A stretch of 64,000 bases of DNA, taken from IMG/VR virus record IMGVR_UViG_3300025109_000007, positions 3,647-67,646 of that record. One strand, 5' to 3'. The DNA comes from a virus. Position 1 is the stretch's first letter. Each line of letters begins with the position of its first letter. Of this stretch, positions 57,040 through 64,000 are shown one piece after another. Under the pieces are notes generated by a model. It saw only the letters and a program-made list of their open reading frames with translations. It ran no database searches and had not been told where the DNA came from. A program made the translations under genes and the position numbers.

Positions 57040-58290
57040 ATGAAGGTCGGAGGCTACGAGACCCACCCGGCCGCCGACCTCTTCCCGATGATGGAGGAGG
57101 CGGGCCTCCGCGAGCTCGCGGCCGACATCAAGCGAACCGGCCAGCGGCACGCCGTAGTCGTGATCGGCTCGAAGATCCTCGACGGGCGTAACCGCGTGCG
57201 CGCGTGCGAGATGATCGGCGTCGAGCCGCGATTCAGTCAGTACGAGGGCCCGAAGGATGTCGCGTCGCTGCTCGACTACGTCGTCTCGCTGAACCTCTCG
57301 CGACGGCATCTCTCACCGAGCCAGCGTGCCTGGCTCGGCGCGTTGCTCGAGGAGAAGTACGCGGAGGCGGGGACCGAGAAGAAGCGCGAGGGGGGCCGCA
57401 GAGGCGGGCAGGCGGTCAAGCATGGGGCCGACCGGCCCCATGCTTCCGAGTCAGATCGCGCCCCCCGTGCGCGCGACCGCGCCGCCGCCGCCGTCGGGTC
57501 GAGCGGCCGGTCAGTGCAGAAGGCCAAGACGGTGCGGGAGAGGACCGCAGACGAGGTCCAGCGCGCCGTCGTGTCCGGCGAGCTGACCGTCGATGCGGCG
57601 AGCGAGCTGGCGAAGATCGACGACCACGACACGCAGCGCGCGATTCTCGAGCGAAGCAACGGGAAGCCCGGGAACATCCGCGCCCACATCCGTCAGCACC
57701 AGCAGCGCGAGATCGCGAAGGAGCTCGAGAAGGCGCCGCCTCCGCCTCCGAGCGGACCGTACCGCGTGATCGTCGCCGACCCGCCGTGGAAGTACGACCT
57801 CCGTGCCACAGACGCGACGCACCGAGGGAACCTCCCGTATCCGCCGATGACCACCGACGCGATCTGCGCGCTGCCGGTAGGTGACCTCGCCGAGGAGGGC
57901 TCGGTGCTCTGGATGTGGGTGACGAACGGTCACCTCCTGGGCTCGCGCGGCGTCAGCGACGGGCTCCGCGTGGTGCACGCGTGGGGGTTCGAGCCGAAGG
58001 CGCTCCTGACGTGGGTGAAGCCGAAGCTCGGCCTCGGGCACTACCTGAGGAACGTCACGGAGCACTGCATCCTCGCCGTGCGGGGCAAGCCGACCATCGT
58101 CCTCGACAACGAGCGGACGCTGCTCGAGGCGACGGTTCGCGAGCACTCACGGAAGCCCGACGAGTTCTTCGCGCTGGTCGAGAAGCTCACGCCCGGCTCG
58201 AAGATCGAGCTGTTCGCACGCGAGCCTCGGGAGGGCTGGGCGGCCTGGGGCGCCGAGGTCGACAAGTTCGCGGGGGTGACGTCGCGATGA
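57040..58290 (+). CDS. ParB-like domain fused to MT-A70-family adenine methyltransferase
   Basis: LAADIKRTG...ILDGRNR...SLNLSRRHL; ADPPW, HSRKP, ELFAR. Confidence 0.9.
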   Translation: MKVGGYETHPAADLFPMMEEAGLRELAADIKRTGQRHAVVVIGSKILDGRNRVRACEMIGVEPRFSQYEGPKDVASLLDYVVSLNLSRRHLSPSQRAWLGALLEEKYAEAGTEKKREGGRRGGQAVKHGADRPHASESDRAPRARDRAAAAVGSSGRSVQKAKTVRERTADEVQRAVVSGELTVDAASELAKIDDHDTQRAILERSNGKPGNIRAHIRQHQQREIAKELEKAPPPPPSGPYRVIVADPPWKYDLRATDATHRGNLPYPPMTTDAICALPVGDLAEEGSVLWMWVTNGHLLGSRGVSDGLRVVHAWGFEPKALLTWVKPKLGLGHYLRNVTEHCILAVRGKPTIVLDNERTLLEATVREHSRKPDEFFALVEKLTPGSKIELFAREPREGWAAWGAEVDKFAGVTSR

Positions 58291-58477
58291 ACGACCGCGA
58301 GGGTGAGATCAGGCGTGAGCTCGAGCGTGTGCGCTCGCAGATCGACGAAGCGTACTGGCTGTTCACGCGCACCGCGCGCGGCGTCCCGCCGTCGATGGCG
58401 CGGCCGGACCTGTACGCGCGTCGTCGGGAGCTGCAGCGAGAGCTGCATGCGCTCCGCGCGAGCCGGAGGGCCTCGTC

Positions 58478-59521
58478 GTGAAGCGGCTCCGCATCATGGT
58501 GGGCGACGTGCTCGAGCAGCTGGCGCGCCTCGACGACGAGTCCGTGCACTGCGTGGTGACGAGCCCCCCGTACTGGAACCTCCGCGACTACGGCGCGCCC
58601 GGTCAGATCGGTCTCGAGGAAACGCCGCAGGAGTACGTCGACGTCATCGTCAGAGTCTTCCGCGAGGTCCGCCGGGTGCTGAGCGCAGACGGAACGCTCT
58701 GGCTGAACCTCGGCGACACCTACGTCGGCGGCCGAACCGGGGGAATCGGGAAGTCGAGCAAGGTCTCGTCCCGCAATCACGTGCAGTCCACTCGAGCCGC
58801 GCTCGCGGCGGGCCACCGTCGCCACCGGCGGGCACCCGGCCTGAAAGCCAAAGACCTGGTGGGCATCCCGTGGCGAGTCGCGCTCGCGCTCCAGGCGGAC
58901 GGGTGGTGGCTCCGCAGCGACGTGGTCTGGCACAAGCCGAGCCCGCTACCGGAGTCGGTGAGGGATCGCCCCTCGCGGTCGCACGAGTACCTGTTCCTCC
59001 TCTCGAAGAGTCGGCGCTACTACTACGACGCCGACGCGATTCGGACCCCGCTCGCGGAGAAGACGCTCACGGCCTACGGGACCAAGCGTCGGAGCAAGGG
59101 AACCGACGGTCTGGGCCGCGTGGCCGCCCACAACCTCTCGCGGGACATCCCCGACCGGCGACCACGCACGGACGCCGCGGGACAGCCCGTCGGGGCGAAC
59201 AAGCGCTCGGTGTGGACCCTCGACGAGCTCGAGGCACCGGACGTCTGGACTATCGCGCAGGAGCCGTATCCGCACTCGCACTTCGCCACCTTTCCGAGCG
59301 CGCTCGTCGAGCCCTGCGTCCTCGCAGGGGCGCCTCCGATGGGAGTCGTGCTCGACCCCTTCGCCGGCTCGGGCACGACGGCTGAGGTGGCGCTGCGCCT
59401 CGGGCGCCGCGCCCTGATGGTGGAGATCAACCCCGAGTACATCGCCCTCATCGAGAAGCGGTGCGAGGCGCTTCAGTTCCCGCTGATCGCGGAAGGTGGG
59501 CTTGAGGAGGGTGTCGGGTGA
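58478..59521 (+). CDS. DNA N4-cytosine/N6-adenine methyltransferase (beta class)
   Basis: TSPPY, HFATFP, DPFAGSGTT. Confidence 0.93.
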   Translation: MKRLRIMVGDVLEQLARLDDESVHCVVTSPPYWNLRDYGAPGQIGLEETPQEYVDVIVRVFREVRRVLSADGTLWLNLGDTYVGGRTGGIGKSSKVSSRNHVQSTRAALAAGHRRHRRAPGLKAKDLVGIPWRVALALQADGWWLRSDVVWHKPSPLPESVRDRPSRSHEYLFLLSKSRRYYYDADAIRTPLAEKTLTAYGTKRRSKGTDGLGRVAAHNLSRDIPDRRPRTDAAGQPVGANKRSVWTLDELEAPDVWTIAQEPYPHSHFATFPSALVEPCVLAGAPPMGVVLDPFAGSGTTAEVALRLGRRALMVEINPEYIALIEKRCEALQFPLIAEGGLEEGVG

Positions 59522-60507
59522 GGCTGACCATCCCCAGCTGGCTCGCTGCGATGCGTGGCCCCGGGCTCGGCTCCAAGGTGGTCTTCGGCTCCACCTCGGG
59601 CGCCTCGGGGCACCTCAGCTGCGCGGCGCTCGCGCGAGACCTCGGGACGTCCGAGCGCAGTGTCCGTCGATGGGCGGAGGAGCTCGCCGACCGCGGGATC
59701 TGGGAGCTGACCCAGGCTGGTCGACAGGGTTTCGAGTTTGCGTTGCTCGTTGACAGGAAATCCGGACAGCCTGTCCGGACGAGCGAGGCCGGTCGACCGG
59801 ACAGGCTGTCCGGACGAGGTCTCCCTGCTACCCGGACAGATTGTCCGGATGAGTCGACCGGACAACCTGTCCGGACAAGCGCCGCCGAAATCCGGACAGG
59901 CTGTCCGGACGAACAACCACCGGCGACGTCTCGACCGGACAGCCTGTCCGGATATCCACCCGGCGGCGCCGGGGTCGGCGTCGCGCCCACCTTTTCCCTA
60001 GATCAGGATCCTTCGGATCCTCCCCCCCCTATAGTCCCCCCCCTCCCCACCGAGGCCGCTCCGGAGCCGCGTCGTGGTGGTCGTGGTGGCGAGGTCGATT
60101 TTGAGGCTGCGGCGGCCGAACGCGACCGGCTCGCTCTCGCTTCGAGGTCGGCGATGAAGCGGGTCATCGAGGCTCGGGGCGGCGAGTACCAGCGCGACGA
60201 CCGCGAGAAGCACCTCGAGGTGGGCACGACCGCGGCGACCTACGCGGCGAAGCACGGCATCGCTCTGCGCGAGGTCCTCGACGTCTGGGCGAAGCGCTGG
60301 ATCGAGACCGTCAAGGTCCGTAGCGCGAGGTCGTGGGCCACGTTCGTGGCCGCCGAGGTGAGCGGGGCTCCATGGCGCAAGGGCGGAGCGAAGGGCGACG
60401 CGTACCAACGCGCCCGGATGACTCCCGATCTGCTCGAGGGGCCCGACTTCAACGACGGGGACATCCCGACCGACGAGCGAGACCAGAAGGTGATCAAGTA
60501 TGGCTGA
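59518..60507 (+). CDS. Phage replication initiator
   Basis: HTH ALARDLGTSERSVRRWAEELADRG; internal iterons; followed by a loader ATPase. Confidence 0.75.
   Translation: MRLTIPSWLAAMRGPGLGSKVVFGSTSGASGHLSCAALARDLGTSERSVRRWAEELADRGIWELTQAGRQGFEFALLVDRKSGQPVRTSEAGRPDRLSGRGLPATRTDCPDESTGQPVRTSAAEIRTGCPDEQPPATSRPDSLSGYPPGGAGVGVAPTFSLDQDPSDPPPPIVPPLPTEAAPEPRRGGRGGEVDFEAAAAERDRLALASRSAMKRVIEARGGEYQRDDREKHLEVGTTAATYAAKHGIALREVLDVWAKRWIETVKVRSARSWATFVAAEVSGAPWRKGGAKGDAYQRARMTPDLLEGPDFNDGDIPTDERDQKVIKYG
59762..59952. repeat. Iteron array, putative origin of element B
   Basis: Six palindromes CCGGACA-N3-TGTCCGG at 59762, 59797, 59832, 59858, 59892, 59935. Confidence 0.85.
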
Positions 60508-61171
60508 GCCGGGAACGATCGAGGACGCGCTGGCGTGCGTGATCCAGCGGGGGCTCCGCTCCCTCGCGAGCGAGGAAGAGATCCAGGCGTGGGAGGGCGA
60601 GCAGGACGTGCGCAACCGTCGCGAGCGCCTCGCGTCCTCAGGCATCGACGAGCGGCTCGACGCGGAGGGGGCGGAAGCCATCATCCGCGACCGCGCCCTC
60701 GACACGCGCGCCCTCCAGCTCGTGCGGGCCTGGGTGGCGAGCTCGCGCCCCGCGCTCGTGCTGCTCGGCGACAGAGGGCAGGGGAAGACCGTCGCCGCGG
60801 CGTGGGCGCTCGCTCGATGTGCCGGCCGCTACGTGCGCGCCTCTGACCTCTCTGAGATGCGAGAGGCGGGGTGGCGGCAGCGCGAGGCATATCAGCGCCA
60901 CCTGCGAACGGAGCTCCTCGTGGTCGACGAGCTCGGCACCGAGGCGGACGTCACCGCGGCAGCGCGCACCCTGCAGGACGTCGTCGACGCACGGCAGCGC
61001 CTCCCGCGCCGAACCCTCATGCTGGGCAACCAGATGATGCGCGAGGAGTTGGCGGAGCGATACGACCCCCGCACGCTCGACCGCCTCGGCACGTCCGGCG
61101 ACGAGCACGGCATCGCGCTCTTCCGCCTCCTCCGCGGCCGTTCACTTCGGGCAGGCGCCAGTGCCCGCTGA
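60500..61171 (+). CDS. DnaC/IstB-like AAA+ helicase loader
   Basis: GDRGQGKT, LLVVDELG, RTLDRL. Confidence 0.85.
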   Translation: MAEPGTIEDALACVIQRGLRSLASEEEIQAWEGEQDVRNRRERLASSGIDERLDAEGAEAIIRDRALDTRALQLVRAWVASSRPALVLLGDRGQGKTVAAAWALARCAGRYVRASDLSEMREAGWRQREAYQRHLRTELLVVDELGTEADVTAAARTLQDVVDARQRLPRRTLMLGNQMMREELAERYDPRTLDRLGTSGDEHGIALFRLLRGRSLRAGASAR

Positions 61172-62987
61172 CTTCCCCTACGAGCGCCAGGTGGACGCTC
61201 GGGCCCAGGAGCGTCACCGACGGTGCCAGGCGTCGACCGGACCTCACGAGCGCCTCAGGGAGCTCCTGGCGCGCGGCAGCCAGCTCGCCGAGGGCAGGGA
61301 GACCAGCCCGGGGCGGCGGGACGCTTCCGCGCTCGACCGTCGCCACCTCTCCGAAGGCCACGAGCGTCTTTCGCCGTGGGTGCTGGCCAACGAGCGAGAG
61401 CTGAAGTCGGGCGCACAGCTCGGCGAGGTGACGGGCGGGTGGGTCTGCCTGGCGCGCAACCTCGAGACCGGGCGCACCGAGCTCGTGCTCGCCCTCGAGT
61501 ACGCGGCGAGAGAGGAGGGCGCGTGAACACGGACACGATCACGCGTGCGCTCATGCGGCGCCTGATGGCCCTGGAGTTCCGCGCCAGCGTGGAGACCAGC
61601 CGCGGCGTCGAGGTAGTAGCCGTCCGACACCCGCAGACCCAGGTCCACGGCCAGCCGTGGCTCGTCGGGCTCGTGTCGACCGTGGACTGGTCGGTGTCCT
61701 ACGCGGTGCCGGTCTACCGAAGCACCATCGAGACGGCAGTCGCTGAGGTGCTGGCCGAGGGAGGGCGCGCACGATGATCGTCGTGAGCCTCGAGCGCGGC
61801 CAGGTCGTGATCCGGATCGGCCTGTACACGGTGCGAATGTGCCCGGTCAGGGCCATCCAGGTGGCTCACTCCATCGCGCAGATTGCGGAGGGGGGCCTCG
61901 CGGAGGTCGAGGAGCGAGCGAAGATGGCGAAGGAGATCAGCGATCGCGCCCTGGAGGAAGCACGGCTAGGCCTCAACCGGGAGGGGGAGTAGGTGATCTC
62001 CCTGACGGCAGTCCAGGAGCTCGAGGCGTGCCTCTCGGGCGAGCTCGAGGGATGGATGGGCGCCCGGTCGTGGCTGGGCGCGTACGTCGACTACGGAGCC
62101 GGTGGCGCCCCTTCGGGAGGCGACCAGGCCGTCGAACCGACCGCCGGCGCCCTCCACGCCGCCCGCGTCATGGCTGTCGTGGAGAGGACGCTGAGGTCGC
62201 TCCCGAGAAGGCAAACGGAGCTTCTGGTCGAGCGGTACCGGCCGCGTGGGCCCTACGCACCGCTCGGCCTGCGTCAGCACTTTGGCGAGCTCGCGCCCGT
62301 CGTTGTGGTGCTCGCGGTGCGAGCCGAGCTGACAGATGCCCTGCTCGCACACGTCGACCAGGCCGAACTCCTGCGGTGGTCCCGGACGAGGCCAGCCACG
62401 ACCGCGCGAGACGCCCTCGCGTCGCTCGAGGCGGCCGAGCTTCTGCGGTTCGTAGTACGTGGATCGTCGACCTCGCGCGACCTCCGACGGCTCCTCAAGG
62501 CTGTCCATGGCCGGGCGGGTGCCGCCCTCCAGGACGCACTCGTCGCCTACCGCGCCGAGCATGAGCGCCAGCGGCGCCAGGCCGGGGGCGAGAGAAAGTC
62601 GCGGGCTGCGCGGTTGCGCATGGCCTTGGGGGTGGAGTGAAGTCGGACAGGGTGCCTGTGGCGGACGCGGTAGAGATGCTCGGCGCGCCCGATGCTCGGT
62701 GGCTGCGGAGGTTCCTGCGCCGCCGCGAGCGCGCGTGCGGCGCGAGGCTGCTGATCAACGAGACTCCGGAGGCAGCCCGGCCGACCTATGCCGTCGACAT
62801 GGACGAGGTCGGACGGCACTGCCCGGAGCTCATCAGCCTCGAGTTCAGAGTCGCCCGCGTGCTGCGCTCCGAAGCGCTCTCGAGTCGGGCGGCGCTGGTC
62901 GCAGTTGAGGCGCGTCTGGAGGCAACGGAGGAGCAGCTCACGATCCTGACCGAGTGCGTGCGCCAGCTGCGGGATGGCCGCCGGTGA
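61161..62987 (+). other. Five coupled hypothetical genes (61161-61526, 61523-61777, 61774-61992, 61993-62640, 62637-62987)
   Basis: Overlapping or abutting start/stop codons; late-regulator position. Confidence 0.55.
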
Positions 62988-63115
62988 AACGGCCACGTGA
63001 GATTTTCTGCATTTTCGTTCAAGATCTCGCAATCGCTACGCTTTTGCCATGTCTCGGCGTCGGCTGAACGACCACTTTGGTCGTTGTTTGGCCCATCGCT
63101 GCACCATAGAGGTAG

Positions 63116-63838
63116 ATGCGCTTCACCGTGGACACGAGCGAGCTCGCGCAGCTCGAGGCGTCGCTCGGCCGTCTGTCTCGGAGGGCCATCCCCTACGCGG
63201 CGCGCAACACGCTCAACGCGGCTGCCTTCGAGGGTCGCCGTGAGTGGGTGGATCAGATCGAGAAGACGTTCACGCTGCGAAACAAGTGGACGACTCGGTC
63301 TCTCCGCGTCGTGAAGGCGCGCGGCACCAGCATGCGCGGCATGCAGGCGACGCTGGGGAGCGTGGCTCCGTACATGGCGACTCAGGAGGAGGGCGGTGTG
63401 CTTCGCCGCACGGGGAAGCACGGCGTCGCGATCCCCACCTCCGTGGCTTCGGGCGAGGGTCGCGGTGCACGGCCACGCCGTCGCATGGTTCGCCGACCCA
63501 ACCGACTGCCCAGCATCCAGCTTGGTGCACGAGGCCTGAGTTCGATGTCGAAGCGTCAGCGGAACGCCGTGGCGATCTCCCTCGCTCAGCGCGCGGGGCG
63601 AAAGTTCGTGTTCCTCGAGCTCGAGCGAAGGAAGGGGATCTTCCGCCTCTCGGGTGGCAAGCGGCGTCCTCGCCTCGACCTCGTCTGGGATCTGTCCCGC
63701 CCCGCGGTGAGGATTCCCCAGAGCGGCACGCTCGAGAGGTCCCTGCGTTTGATCCTCCCCACCCTTCCGCGAATCCAGGAGAGGGCCCTGGTCGACCAGA
63801 TCGACTTCGTGATGAAGATGCGCGCGGGGCGCAGGTAG
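63116..63838 (+). CDS. Basic phage protein, lambda gpZ/tail-completion-like
   Basis: IPYAARNTLNAAAF...YMATQEEGG; immediately before the cos-like site. Confidence 0.6.
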   Translation: MRFTVDTSELAQLEASLGRLSRRAIPYAARNTLNAAAFEGRREWVDQIEKTFTLRNKWTTRSLRVVKARGTSMRGMQATLGSVAPYMATQEEGGVLRRTGKHGVAIPTSVASGEGRGARPRRRMVRRPNRLPSIQLGARGLSSMSKRQRNAVAISLAQRAGRKFVFLELERRKGIFRLSGGKRRPRLDLVWDLSRPAVRIPQSGTLERSLRLILPTLPRIQERALVDQIDFVMKMRAGRR

Positions 63839-63953
63839 ATTTCTGCGCGCCTCGTGCGCCCGCCACCTCCGCCGGAAACTCGCCAGGCCGCTGCGCTGTC
63901 GGCGCCGCCCCGCCCCCCGGGGGGCAACACCGTCGGGTCGCGGCAGATGACAA

Positions 63954-64000
63954 CGGGTCCTGTGGGATACCCCTCCCCCACCGCGGTTTATTTTCATCAC
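63954..64000 (+). promoter_or_regulatory. Putative cos/packaging site of element B
   Basis: GGGTCCT-led block 39/47 identical to 7549-7595. Confidence 0.65.

Larger units (their letters stand above)
34288..64000. mobile_element. Element B: temperate prophage, early half; structural genes presumably beyond the window
   Basis: att-int-xis, long leftward early operon, immunity switch, replication genes, cos-like site at the window edge. Confidence 0.9.

Noticed and set aside
44084-59521. Restriction-modification system
   Set aside because: Methyltransferases are dispersed in phage early operons with no adjacent recognisable restriction enzyme
63912-63925. GCCCCCCGGGGGGC as a terminator
   Set aside because: No loop or U-tract; low complexity

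Overview
Very GC-rich DNA, almost all phage-derived; the cargo lipoprotein motifs suggest a Myxococcota host (inference). It reads as two related temperate elements in tandem, joined at a tmRNA 3'-end att core (34288-34308) that lies inside the integrase reading frame. Element A (<1 to ~34.3 kb) has a CI/Cro-like switch, an initiator with internal iterons, DnaB plus a degenerate second DnaB, a cos-like site and a TerS-like gene. It also has a head-decoration gene, tape measure, a full Mu-like baseplate, fibres, lysis genes and cargo. I found no large terminase, portal, major capsid, sheath or tube where they should lie. Element B (~34.3 kb to >64 kb) is the early half of a lambdoid-type prophage: int/xis, a second integrase, three DNA methyltransferases, a CI/ImmA/Cro switch, initiator and loader. 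It ends at a cos-like site 39/47 identical to that of A. The best leads are (1) A as a headless, baseplate-supplying satellite sharing B's packaging signal, and (2) an uncharacterised nuclease-fold/helical two-gene module at 32.3-34.0 kb. All product calls are by-eye motif recognition, with no database searches.
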